64,000 nt of DNA from Perkinsus olseni (taxonomy: Eukaryota): the NCBI GenBank assembly GCA_013115125.1, contig JABANN010000015.1, forward strand, positions 62,001-126,000, given 5' to 3'. The notes under the pieces are model-generated. The model made no database searches, was not told the DNA's origin, and saw nothing but the letters and a program-made list of their open reading frames with translations. Shown one piece after another: positions 1 to 12,638 of the stretch (positions are counted from its first letter, which is position 1; each line of letters opens with the position of its first letter). Position numbers and translations under genes: made by a program.

Positions 1-59
1 ACTGATGGCATCGACTGACTAGTCCCTAGCCAGACGATCACGACACACCAATACTACAT

Positions 60-3000
60 TTTATTCATTCGCTTATTGGACTCCTTCATGAGCCTCTCCC
101 TCTCAGCCCGTCGCTCCGCTGCTTTCCGCTCCATCCTTGGTACCGCCATTTTCCCTAATCCCGACCCTCCACCATCGCTATCTCCTACCACACCTTACCT
201 ATTTCGAACATCGCAGCCAGCCTGTCCGACGAAGGGTCTCCACTGCCCGTCATCCACTCGTCGCGCTTGGCGGGCTCCTCACTCCTCGACGACTGACTAT
301 CCCTGAGTCCATCCTGAAGACAGGAGAGTCCTCGCGGAGCAGGAGAGCCATCGATCTCCACCTCGCCATCACGTGACTCATGGTTCACGGCTTCCTCCCT
401 CTCATGATGATGGTGATGCCGATGCTTCGACTTCTTCTCCTTCTTCGGCTTCTCCTTCCCGCCGCTGACCTTGACGGCGCCGAACATACAAAGCGGCAGA
501 TTGAGAACGAGCTGTTCGGTAAGTACTTCAAAGTGTGTGCGTGTCAGTTCAAAGTCCAACGCCGGCGCCGGCTTCGTTAGACTTAATTCCGATGCGCTAG
601 CAGTTCAACGATGAAATCTTCGTTGCGCTCCACTTGAAACTCTAAAGTATCAGGGTTCAGAGAAGAAGGGATTGAAGTTCAACGTGGACTACGAAACCCC
701 CTGACCTTGAGGAGAGTTCCCACCGCGGCTGAGCCGTCATGAGGGACAACCCCTCAACCGAACGCTGGGCTCGAGCGCCACCACGATGACAGTCCCACCC
801 GGCGAACGAAGAACAGCAAACTCGCGTAACAGAAAAATATCACTCGGGAGAGCAGTCACTGGACAGGAATATGAATTGAGGGGGGGGGACCGTTACGGGT
901 CACGATGAGTCGATCAACTTGGCTTGTTCGATATCGAGATTAGCTATCCGGAAGCAGGCCAGAAGCTGCTCTGGGAGTTCGCTGTCGTCCTCGCCCTCCA
1001 TCACCAAACCCACTTGAGCCTGAAAAAGTGACGCTCATAACGCTCACAGCGCACAGCATCCTACCACGCAGTCCTTCAGTAGCCCGTAGAAGGAGTAGAA
1101 GCTCTTGCGTGCAAGGTAGCACCACTGGCGTATGTCGAAGTCAATCTCGGCCACCTCTCCCTGGCCATCGACGTTCGAGTGCAGCTGCAAGCTTTTGGTC
1201 AGCAACGCCGGTTTGCCGTTGTATCTGCCGCCACGACCGTCTCCATTTGGCCAACATTCTCGGCGAGTCTGACCTGTTTATTATCCCCGGGAGCCCCAAT
1301 TCACTGGCGTTCTCGATCAGCGCTATGATCTTGAGAGCGCTCTCACCCTTCTTGGACACCCCCGTCTTCAACAACCTAAAATGACACGACATCCAGGATT
1401 ACGACGCCTCAGTGAAATCTCTGCTGAGCTCGCTGCGGGTTGGAAGACTGTTACTCGAGCTGGTGCATTCTGATCAGGGTACGCACGACCGCGATGATAC
1501 CAACATCCTACTCAGGTGGGCGCAGTCAGCTCGAGTCGAAGATGGTAGCTCGACGAGATGAGGATTGTCATTCTCTTTCTGCAAGAGCCCCAAGGTGGTG
1601 AACTAGAAGGGGTTGAGTGTGCCACGGGTAATCGAAGGAAGTATGTGTAGTTGAAGGTAGTAAAGGAGCCAGCATATGAGAAACAGGATTCGTGCGCTAC
1701 TATGTAAGAATCCGCAGCGGATTTTCATGAGCTCAAACTGAGCTCCATCAACGAAAGCCAATCTCATCCGTGGACCCCAAACCGCGGTGAAGGTCATAGA
1801 AACAAGCCACTGCTCTCTTCCTAGCTTCACCATGCGAGCTGATCCGAGTGATCCAGTAGGGTGCAAGTCGTCTTTAGTAGTAGAAGGGAAATATTTACTG
1901 GTAAAACCGCAGACACAATCCCCGATTACTCCTACTGGCGAAACAGCTTGATGGCGGCAAGCTTCTCCAAGTTGCCATTGCGGTACTCTTTCAACACTGT
2001 TGGGTTAATAACAAAGTACGACAGCACCGACATGCCCGGGTCGCTAGGGTCGGGGGATCCGAACAGGGGAGGTGCTGCAAACCTGCACGCAGCGCGCTGA
2101 ACTGAGAGTCATCGCATCCCTTGAGAATGCCTTACGGCAGCTGGCAGTTGACCACGAGGAATCGGGGTATGCCAATATCCTTCTCCCACTGGAGACCGTT
2201 GAGTTGATGGTCGCTTCGCCAAAACGGAGGCGCTTCGGAGCCGTGAAGCTCGTCGCCCCGGGCGACCTGAACGGCCACATACGCCGCAAGCGGTACAGTA
2301 CGCGCAATCTAGGAAGCGCGAAACTGGTCAGCGCCAGAACTCAGTTACGCATTGGAACTCACGCACTACACGGCACGAAGCGATAATAGAGTGCTGCAAG
2401 TATCTTAAGAACATTTCTTAACAGCGCTTAACCTCTGCAACAACCACGAGCTAGGGTCTGCTTCTCCGACATGTTGTGTATAATGGCAACATGTGAGAAT
2501 TGAAGCGCAATCAGAACTGTACAGTGAACAAACAGAGGCACTCGTGAACTGGCTGGACGTTCAGCCCTAATAGAGCCTGTTCGAGCTGCCCTACAGGCTG
2601 GTAGTGAATTCTATCTAGTCCTCACCTTCTGGAATACGCTGAGTTGAGCTACTTTCCGAAGCACCATGTCGGACCTCACAACGTCCACTCCGAGACACTC
2701 ATAGATGGGGTACCTGGTCACAGAGGAATCCCAGGCGCCCGAGTAGTAGCGCCGGCAATCATCACCTGCTAGGCAGCTTGAGCCCCGTCTTTGCATACCC
2801 TTTCTGGCGGACCTTGAAGCACGTAGCGTTGCCCTGTGTCCAGTAGCACGCCTTAGGCGCCTCTTGAGGGCCAAATGGCACCGTACCTAGACAAGTGCTA
2901 CAATGACAAAAATTTTGAAGATGGAGCCCGGCTCACCAAATGGAGCCCAACCCAGCATCTCGGGCGGCGGCCATGGTGTGTATCTAACAAAGAGCGGATG

Positions 3001-4056
3001 GTACGAGCAGACCGCCCGACATCGATCCCCAGCTCCTACTTGTATCGTTCTCGACAAAGCTCGTAGTCGTCAGCCGTGAGCTCGCTGTCCGACAAATGGC
3101 TACCGCTTCTCCTCCTGCTGCTTCCGTTCATGTCACCACCATCGTCTGCTAGAAAATGGCTGGAGAAGATGAAACTCGTCCTACATGTTTTCCCAGATTT
3201 GATAATGATGCCATGGACTTCCACTCGGACGTCCCGCCACCACAGCCGAAGTCCTGAGCAGACTACCGCCCTCCATCCGAAAAATTCCCACGAGGGCCCC
3301 TCGTACGCGACATCGCCACGACGCTAAGAGAGATGTAGCTCAGCAATCTAAGGAGGCCGGGAAAACGCGTTGTTCGATGGCCCAGTTGTGAGGACTGAGA
3401 CAAGGCGGGATGGAAATCACGCACGATTGGGTCCACAGGTACCTCTGGTCGGTGATTCGATCCCGCCAGCAGGGCCATGACAGAGGACAGCATATCGAGG
3501 GCAATAGAGACGGACAGGAGGACCAGTGGAACCACCGGGGGCAATCGGGCCAGGGCGAGTCGTGACCAACGAGCAAGCAAGGACAACGCTCCCCGCCGCC
3601 GCCGTCTGTCGCGAGACATCTCAAAACAATCACTCTTGAAGACACATGGCACGAACTCCCAGGCAGCCCTCCACTCAACGCAAGCCACAGTACACGCCAG
3701 AAACAGTCGGAAACGCAGTGCATCATGAATTAACCACAAGCGTGGCATGTAACAGTAGCGTCAACTTCTCTTCTTCGCGAGTGTCCTCGACTTCTCCAGA
3801 CAGTCCGTGATACGCTCTCGCAGGCGTTTGACTCTCGTGACCTCCTGGACCCCAGCACGCCGATCACGAGAAGCAACTCGTAGTCTGAAAAAGGCAAACT
3901 GTTTCCTTCTAAAGGATCATAGGCTCCTTACCTAAAGGTTCTCTCATCCGTTATCAACCGGGGCACTTGCGTGGTGAGGTAAATGGGAATGACCCCGGCG
4001 CTCCGCAGCTTCTTCGACCCCAGTACAGACCTACAACAACCGAGAAATTCCCATGG
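60..4056 (-). CDS. One or more spliced hypothetical proteins (boundaries unresolved)
   Basis: Chain of minus-strand open segments with GT..AG borders (ORFs 185-559, 1141-1392, 1603-1866, 2044-2307, 2611-2874, 3036-3224, 3263-3748). No recognised motif. Confidence 0.4.
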
Positions 4057-4171
4057 CCGCTCCGAATTCGTCGATAGTCGTAAATTCTCGCTTTTACAAG
4101 AGTTTAAGCCATTGAAAGAGCGCCTTTATGAGGCCGGTTGGATGGCCTACCGAATGTAGTGCGTTGGGATG

Positions 4172-7100
4172 TCAACAGCATAGCCTCGACGCGTGAGAGC
4201 AATGCGTCCGAGAGGGGACATGCGCTTCTCCGGCCGAGACGGCAGTTTCCCCGTCGACGAGTCCACTGGTTCCGTGAGAGGCTCCAACAGACCGTGGCCT
4301 GAGACTATCATGACCACGGTGGGAAGCAGAAGAACCTTCTAGGCGGAGCGACGCGAGCACGACCGGTAGGTTTACTTGCCGCCTCCTTTATAGCTTCCGA
4401 TACCAGCTTAGCCGCCCTGTCTTTGCTCGGCACCTTCTTCAGGTATGGGTCCAGGAGGAGAATCTGAGCGCCCCAGGCTCAAAGCCGATAGTCGACATAA
4501 CGCGGTCTCCCGCCTGGTAGAGTAAACGTCTATTCATTGCCGACGCACTCGCGAAGCATATAGCCCGTGCTCAGGGAACGCTTTCGAGGGACATGTCATC
4601 CTACCGGAGAGTAGCCCTTCCGTCCGCTGAGTAAACTAGGACGGGACCGAGCCGATGGAGGGCTTTGCCGCAGCGCCACCAAGTGGAGTGCCGCCGCCAG
4701 GTTCTGAACGGCTGCTGCAGACTGGGTGATGTCAGGATCGTCCACGCCGTACAACAGCCTGAGCTGATCATATCCTAAAATATCATCCGGTGCTCAGCCT
4801 ACGAGTTGGCTGTCTTCCAGGCCTCAGCGTCGGTGCTGCCATCCTCGCTCTGCTCTTGCATCGCCTCCAGAATCCCCTTCACCATCGCCCTCACCTGCGC
4901 GCCGTGAAAATCAGAGTCTCTCCCGAGCGAAGCGATCGGCTACTTTTTCAATCTTGATGTCCTTATCGGTGGGCACCTGGGCCGGTAGCATACCCCACTG
5001 GGCTGCTATCCTCGGCGGCGGCAGCAGTGCCCGACCCGATGTCAGGAACATGATAGATTTGCACCTTCGGAAGGAGCAAAGGGTCATACCCCCCTCCACT
5101 ACCTGACGAGTTCTCACTTATCATCTCCCGCACGAGAGACCCTCTTCACCGTTTCAGGCCGTATCCGCCCAACCCGATGGATGTAGCTCGCAGTGGTCTT
5201 CGGTGCTCCATAGTGGATGACCAAGCCTATGCCTGAAGCAAGCAGTTTCGAAGCGGCCAGACTAGAACGACGCACCGGAGATGTCTAGGCCCCTCGCAGC
5301 GATATCAGTTGTTATTAGCACCACCGGACCGTAGTCAGCAAGAGCCGTCCGAAAGGAATCCATCTAAAAAGGCGGAGCGATGCAGCCTACCGAGGCATAG
5401 AGTAAGGACCCACCACTTCCTTGCGTTGCGCAGGCGACATGTCCGCGTGCAGGGCCATCATGCGACCCGGGGCGCAGACATTTCTGAGCTGCGGGTCATC
5501 CGCTAGAATACAGACTTCCGTTTTCTCGCGACAGTAGATCAGCACCTCAGATCGCATGAACAGGTTAAAGTCGCAAATGTAGCATAAAAGTTCCTCACCT
5601 TGTTGGCGACTTGGATATCGGTCGATGCCCCTGGTCGTAGCTTCTCTATGGCCCAAGTAAGCTGGCGGACCCGTCGCTCCGCGTTCGAGGACAAGCGGGC
5701 AAACAGGTGACTAACTTCTCGCAAAGCATAAACAACCTCTGAATAATAGGAGTCTTCACTGCTCCGAGGCAGACACCCAAAGCCTTCTCCTACGGGCCTC
5801 CATCTCCTCAGTTGCGTTCAAAATGTGGTACTCAGGCGACAGCTCCCTCAGCCGGTCCTTCATCCAGGCGTCAAAGGTGGCCGATGCATAAACCATTTGC
5901 GCCTGGGACGGGAGCCTGCCGAGCCGTCGTGATCGCCACCCGCCCACCTGCCGTCCTCGAGCCAGTTCCCTCACCAAGTCGAGGACAACTTCGCTGGTCA
6001 GCAGGACGTCAGCCTCGTCCAGCACGATGCACGGCGATAGAGGCCTCGGCTTCTTCTGGAGCCCCTCAGCCAGAGAGCGAGAAGCTCTCTCGTCTCCACT
6101 CGCCTTCGAGATCGGACTCGCAATAATTTCGGGGCGCGCGACAGGCTTGGTCAACGATAGCGCCCTGATCACATAGGAGCAATGGGCCGACTTGCTAATC
6201 GATCAGCCTCGGTTCGGAGGGCCCCGCAGGAAACCCTCAAGACTCTGGCTATGGTCGCTTCCCCAGCTCACCCATGGTCCGCGAGCCACTTGAGTCTCCC
6301 AGGAGTGCCCACCACTACGTCCGCTCCGTGACTGAGTGCCTGATAAGGCCAACTACTAACAACTGTCTAGAGGGCTCTATCCGTGGTTAATAGCATATTC
6401 AAGGCTCTGTGCAACACGGTCTGTTCTCTAGCATGACAAAGGCAAGCCAGCCCAGTACCATAACATGTGAGTCGCGGACGTCCCTTCCAGTTCCCCCAGC
6501 GCATAGCTGCACGGCCATCCACGGCGGGCAGTACTTTTTAACCTATCATGCCGCGGTGAGGCAGACTGTGGCTCCTAGCAATACCTCGGTGTGAGCTTGC
6601 TCGGCGAGCTCTCTGGTAGGGACCACTACCACGAGCAGAGGGCTTCCCTTCCCTGCCGACCGGACTACTGTCTTCTGCTGGTCCGATCGCACTGCTCTGA
6701 GGTGAATGCATCCTTAACTCCGGACAGAAGTACGGGTACCGACCGTCCCTCTTTATCCCTTCTAATACTGAGGCCCTCCGACACCCGCACTATGCGGTCT
6801 ATGACAGGCAGCAGGTAAGCCAGCGTCTTGCCTGACAACCAGGGTAAGAATAAGATTCTCCCGGCGTGCTCGGAGAGCGTGATGGGGCGCATCGTCATCC
6901 GCTAGGGGCCCCTCTACCTGTCCCTGGTGGCGAGACCATAGAGACATGATTCTGATCCTCCCCGCCAATGGCCGTGTACGACATCCGCTGTATTGGAGTT
7001 GGTAGCTGACCGGAACAACAGGAGCCATCCGGCCGGTATTTTTTCTCGAAGTGAACCCTACAGGAAGGTCCTTCAACTTTGTCCGACTCTTCCCTCTGGT

Positions 7101-7361
7101 CCCCGCCTCGAGGAACCATATCCCTAGCTTGCTCAGCAGGCTGCTGGACTGCACCAGATCGCCAAACGTCGTCCGTTCTCTCCTTGGGGACACCGCTTGC
7201 GGACCGCTGGCGCAATCCTCACTCGAGACCTCCTTCTCCTGCCGATGGCGCGGTCTGCTACTCCTGCGAGCCGTCGCCGTTGCAGCACCGACGAGATGGC
7301 GCGACGAGACGAAAAGAAGTCCCCTTGGCGAGGGTATCCGAGCATGGAGGGAGGCGAGCAT
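4172..7361 (-). CDS. DEAD-box RNA helicase, possibly organellar (multi-exon; 3' end approximate)
   Basis: Motifs in order: PG-TGKTLAYLLP (~6810-6925), VVVPTRELAEQ (~6595-6630), IVLDEAD (~6010), YASAT (~5880), TDIAARGLDI (~5280-5310), YIHRVGR (~5165-5185). Arg/Ser-rich N-terminus from ATG 7361. Confidence 0.9.
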
Positions 7362-7497
7362 CCATCTGACCTCAAAGTCTACTACAGCGGTAAGTCTCTC
7401 CTCACCAGCCAACACAAAGCACCCATCCACTAACAGCAAGGTCCAATGGTCAAATGTCACATGACAGCGTCTGGTGTTGGAGGCTAGGACAGTGCCG

Positions 7498-10345
7498 TCA
7501 TCGGACCACTGTGTCCTCCGGCGTTATGCCGTTCTCGGCCAGAGCCATGGTGAGCCTGCCCAACTTGTAGGGGACTCCAACCTCCTGAGCATAAGCATGA
7601 TGGACGGAGCACTGTTGAGACTTACTTCTCTTGTCTTTATCAGAGGAATGCGCTCTTCTAAATTCCCAAGTGGGGTCAAGTCGTAGAGGACGCACCTGTA
7701 TTAAGCACGTCTCGAAACAGCCACTCGGAATGTCCTCCAGGGAAGTAGAGGTCCTCCGCCCGGGGCTGCGGCTACCTCCGAAAAGCAACAGTAGTCATCG
7801 CCAAGAGCAGCCTGCCTTCCTCTGTGTCGGGTAGGAATGCCTCCAACAGGAAATCTGCCAATCACACGGCTCACCGAAACCCTAACCCATCCTCCACAAA
7901 ATGCCTACCACGGCTTTTGGTCTTCAGCTCTATTCGCATGACTATAACACCAGTTTCCGGGCCGTGAGGGTCCCCGGGGGACGGAGTCTCGGTCGTCCAG
8001 GAAAGAAGGCCTGTCTTAGGCTGCGAGCCGGTGGCGACGAAACCCTGCCGAAGAAAAAGTGGAAATAAGGGACGCTTCGGATACCGTACTCTCTTCTGCC
8101 CATACGGCAGCTCACACCGAGGGCAGTCCCGACGACCCTTCTCACCGAACCATCGGCTCAGGCACAACCTACTCATGAGGAGTATGGCTACGCAGGACGC
8201 CAAGAAGTCGGAGCCAACCTGTGGAATTTGTGATGGCAGAGGTTCAATTCAAGACAATCGTCGGCCTCCTCCAAGTCCTTCTCGCAGACGCGGCAATTGA
8301 TATCATCTACGCTGTACGGTGCGTCGGGGTCCCCCTCGTGGGCCTCTCGGGCACTGCGGACGAATTGTGCGAACCCCCTGGGCCTGAGCATGGAGAGGCT
8401 CGGTAACGAGGCCCCGATGGAAAGGCCACTCACCTGATGGTCACGTCTTCTACCTCCACTTGAGGGAGGCTGTCCTGGCTCGTCTGTGGCATGAGGTCTA
8501 GGCAGTCCGGTAACCTAACTACTCCGAAAGTACCTAAGGCAGTTCCGCAATCCAACTGAAGACCGAACAAGACGGCCAGTACTATGAGGGACGCTAACGA
8601 CTGGGTTCTTGGCACCCTCCCGCATACTCGCTGACTCCGCAGCTGCTGTAGGCGTGAGTCGGTTGGCTTCCAGCCAGCGGATTAGACCTGCGCAGACCCC
8701 AAATCGGTGGAGGCCGTTGGATGAACCAAACCAGCCGCAAAGACGTCGCGTGCGATTTCAGCGGTGGCACTGCTCCGCAAGCTCGAAGCCGTTGTCGCTC
8801 GACTTCCAAGGTTCAGTCCACTCACCATGAGGATCCAGATGTTCCTCCTCGAGTGCCCGTAACAACGGGTTCTCAATGACGTTTCCCTTGGGCGATGAAC
8901 TCGGGAGGCCATAGAGTGCCTCCCGAGCAGTCGGAGCCGGCGAGAAGCCGACGTACACCTTGGACGAGAGCCATAACGGTGCAGTACAAACCTACGCCCA
9001 CTCCCACCTGTCGGGAATGTCCAGTCCCTTCGCTGACTTGACGACACCCTCCCGCTTCACACTGGTTGAACCCCTCCAAGCGGTACTTCCGACCTCCAAC
9101 CCTGAGGGCCACATGCTCTTCATCAAAACAGACCTCGAAGATCACGGCTCACCGGAAAATGACCGTCGATGGCCGCCGGTCTCTGGGCAGAAGGTACTGC
9201 TTCCGCAGTTCTTTCTGAACGCGTTCGTCATAGGCCACTTTGCCTTGTGAGGTTTTGTAGGAGAAAAAGGGAACTCTGAGCTGACCCTCGCCCTCCGGCG
9301 CCGAGGTGACCAGAGAGTCCTGAGAATGCAGCATCTCGTGCCTTCCCCTCCGCCGAGTGGTACCAAAGAGTGGCGTGGCTTAGCGAAGGAGGTCTCAGGC
9401 GTTGTGGGCTGGCTTCGGGGCCCCAAGCGAATCTTGGATAGCAGAACCCGAGCTCGGGAAAACACCGAGCTGGATGTACCTACACAGTATCTGTATTCCG
9501 ACGCAGAGCTGCACAACCGTACAGGTCTCGAGGAGTGTGCGGTACGGAGTAAGTTTCAAACTGTCAACCTAGGACGTGCCAAAGATACCAAATAACGCAT
9601 ACGTGTATTAAATTACGCCGTACTTCAAGTACGGCGTACTAGTACGGTACTGGGGAACCGCTGCGACGGGTAGTATGGGTACGGAGCCCTACTCGTACTA
9701 CCCGTACTCTCGCCCACCTTTATTCCGAGGCCGAACGACAGTGGCCCACCAGGGTCGAACAAGACTCATGCCCCTCTAGATTACGTTTGAGGCCAGTATT
9801 GAGAAAGGGGATGGCCTTCGGTCCCTCTGGAGTCCCGAAAGTGGAGCAGTCGATGTTATCGACAACCACGATCTCCTCCGGGGGGGCAGCAACTTTGCTC
9901 AGCCCATCAGCCAGCTTTGGGGTGATGCATCTCACTGGGCGAGAGCGCAGAGAGTGCACGTTCAATTGAACCTGGAACAGAGCAACGGACAGGTTGGTTG
10001 AAATGAAGCACCTCCGGCGGGACCCGAACCCACGACCACGGGCTTAAGAAGCACGCGCTCTACCGATGCTACATAAAACACGAATTTCTAGACTAGTAGA
10101 GCCTCCTCGGTCTACAGTAAAGCTAGTACTACCGTGCCGCATCCCATCAGCTTTGAAGATTCCCTCAACAAACTACTGTCCACAAGCTGGAAGTTGTCCA
10201 TGATGTATACATTGGATGAAGTAGAGAAGAAGAATCGCCTTGGAATCGGACGAAGCTGATGAAGTGCCCGAAGCTCCTCTTGCTGTGTCTCCTCGAACTC
10301 TCTCCACTCCCCATCATCTCCGAAGTACTCAAACCTGCAAATACT
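7498..10345 (-). CDS. Deltex-like E3 ubiquitin ligase: WWE-WWE-RING-H2-DTC (further 5' exons likely, up to ~11800)
   Basis: WWE1 FEYFGDDGEWREFEETQQEEL...VQLNVHSLRSRPVR. WWE2 FFSYKTSQGKVAYDERVQKEL...RVGGRKYRL...GTGHSRQV. RING CRVC..CHHKFHRLC..CPRC (~8110-8295). DTC-like GSQPKTG..., AFLPDTEEGRLLL...AFRR, LAENGI. Confidence 0.8.
10007..10072 (-). pseudogene. Degenerate tRNA-Lys(CTT)-like element inside a Deltex intron
   Basis: Minus strand reads TAGCATCGGTAGAGCGCGTGCTTCTTAAGCCCGTGGTCGTGGGTTCGGGTCCCGCCGGAGGTG. It has a D-loop GGTAGAGC, a CTT anticodon loop and a T-loop-like GGTTCG. The 5' acceptor strand is missing. Confidence 0.7.
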
Positions 10346-11953
10346 GAGTGCCGCTACGAATCACGGATTGCAAGATCGGCGGAGCGAAGCGGAATCTCGG
10401 CACCCTCCTACAACCACGGTATTACCTCGTGTCCGCTGAGGGGGGATCAGTCACCTTCGGCAAACCCTCGACCGCTCCGCTCGACCCGTCAGTTGGGACG
10501 GCGCCGTGGGCCTGTTATCAGATCGATCAACCGCCACCAGAGAGCTCGTCTCTGACTGGAGCCTACATGTGCCTGCTCTGATTCAGTTTTTTCTTCGACC
10601 CCTACGCCTCCCAGTCTGGGCCCAACACGGACGTGACGGCAAAAGCCGGTACGCAGATTCCTCTGCACGGCCAGGCCGAATCTGCCAGCAGCGCGGTTCC
10701 GTGAGCAGCACTTCGATGACCCTACTCGATCCTGTCGAAGGACTCGATCACGTAGAGGCTCGCATTGTGCTGGAACTGCAGCTGCTTGCGTCTGCTCCTG
10801 CAGTATACTATCTCTCGTAGTCCTGTGGAGAACACCGCGTATACCCTCTCGCGAGCTAATATGGACTCTAAGTGGCCCCTAGACCGAGCATTCCCAGGAT
10901 AATCCTACACCACAGGTGAAGGATTCAAGCAATTCCAGAGAACTCACTATTTTCCTCTGCCTTTTCTGCCTCCGACTGCACCATGGCCCGCTTGCTGTAG
11001 TAGTGGCGTTGAATGTGCCTGAGAATTGAGCAAAAGACATACCAAAACATATTGGTCACATAGGAGAATTCCCTCCCCCCCAGGATTCTGAAGTGCTTTC
11101 CGAGAAACTCAGATACGGCCCTGCTCAACGGCAAAGCATTCTCGAAATTCTACCATCCCTCTGCCATGCTCCGGTCGTATGCACCGCACAGATCAACCAG
11201 AAAAAATCTCGTACCAGAATTCGCAACGCGATTTTTTTGCGCAGGAGTTGACGCGTTGAGCTCAGAACGCAGCCAAATTTGCAACTTCCATGGATATCGT
11301 TAGACGCGAGAGTATTGAGAGCGGCGCACGGATTGTCCTGACAATCCTGACAATCGTTAGACCGAGTAAGTTCGGATTGTCCTGCTGGCGTCGTTGGACC
11401 CCTCTTTGTTCAACAGTTGAGCAAGGGGTAGTCCAAAGACGCCAGAAGCTTCAGCGGAACCACTCTCAGATCTCCGGCGGCTAGAATCGGACACAGCGCT
11501 CCCGCTTAAAATGAGCAAGTAAACTACGCCTTTGCTACGTGGCGCCCAGACCCAGCAAGGCGAGCTGATGGCATGTCAGTACCTCTGTATAGCCGGCTCG
11601 AATGGAACATACCGGGATCCATCCCAAAACTCGAAGTACGGCTGTGGACGGCTAGACAGAGGAGCGTGTGGGTCGGCGTGCATGCATTGAGACAAACGTG
11701 AAGGGATCCCCGGATAGGGCGAGCCGGACCAATTCGAACAGACTGATCGAGCGCGGATAGTCCTCGTAGCCTCCCCAAAGCTTCAAACGACAGCGCCATC
11801 ATAGAGATCCCTCCCCCAAATCATAGACAGTGGAGTCCCCGAAGGCCCTTCTGCAACAGAGCGCGTGCCGAAAACCCCATCCCACACTGCAGAGGAAAAC
11901 TCAAGCCCTTTAAGGATGCATGAAACAACTCACACGCCGTAAACACGTTCCGG

Positions 11954-12638
11954 CTATACTTCTCCTCGGTCTATCTTCCCTCGAATCCGTTCCATATCTC
12001 GCACGACTCCGTTGAAGGCGCGCTGAAGAGTAGAAAGGAAATGCTTCTCAACAAGAAGAACACCGTGCCAGACAGAGTAGGCGCCTCCGTTGGAAGCGGT
12101 CCATTTAAGCGCGCCCGCAGTGCCAGTGAAAAACACCAGTTTGCTGGTAGCGCACTCGCAGCGTACCGAGAACAGCAGGAGGCTGCCATTGGATGCTTTC
12201 GTGCACGCTCTCTCTCGCGGATGACACGGACGTGGCTCACACCCATAATTCTTCGTGACAAGCAAAAAGTTTCACCCGGGTCGAACAGCGATTCCGCACC
12301 GTACTGGATTTCAATCGCCACAATGCCGTTAGGGACTTTCAGGAACACAGACACCAACGGACCTTAAAACTCGCGTTCTTTCTCCCCACCCCGTCCGAAA
12401 CTCAGAATCGATTCTGAAATAGATTTTCACGCGTAAAATGCAGTTCCAGAATCGATTCAGAGTTCCAGGATTGGTTCACTCAACGACCCTTCTATTCCCC
12501 TACTACCAGCCTAGTGGTATCCTTCTCATAATTCACAGCAACCATCGTCAGGAGCGCTCCCACTATCATCGACCCAAAAAGGATAGGGCCAGCCCGTGCC
12601 TTGGGGAGCTTATCCAGTTGCCGTTGAAGGAACCCCAT
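11954..12638 (-). CDS. PET117: PET117-like cytochrome c oxidase assembly factor (exons 12638-12507, 12022-11954; 66 aa)
   Basis: Spliced product MGFLQRQLDKLPKARAGPILFGSMIVGALLTMVAVNYEKDTTRLRAFNGVVRDMERIRGKIDRGEV. Single TM followed by the GVxRDxER signature. Confidence 0.7.

Noticed and set aside
11150-11167. Apparent in-frame TAG (MAEGW*NFENAL) suggesting readthrough or stop recoding
   Set aside because: The TAG fits a 3' splice acceptor. An upstream GTACGA donor joins ...IALRIL|NFENAL in frame. Other genes here end normally in TAG, TAA or TGA.
12330-12345. GAAAGTCCC (minus strand) resembling RNase MRP CR-I
   Set aside because: No complementary GGGGCT CR-V strand to form P4 was found downstream.
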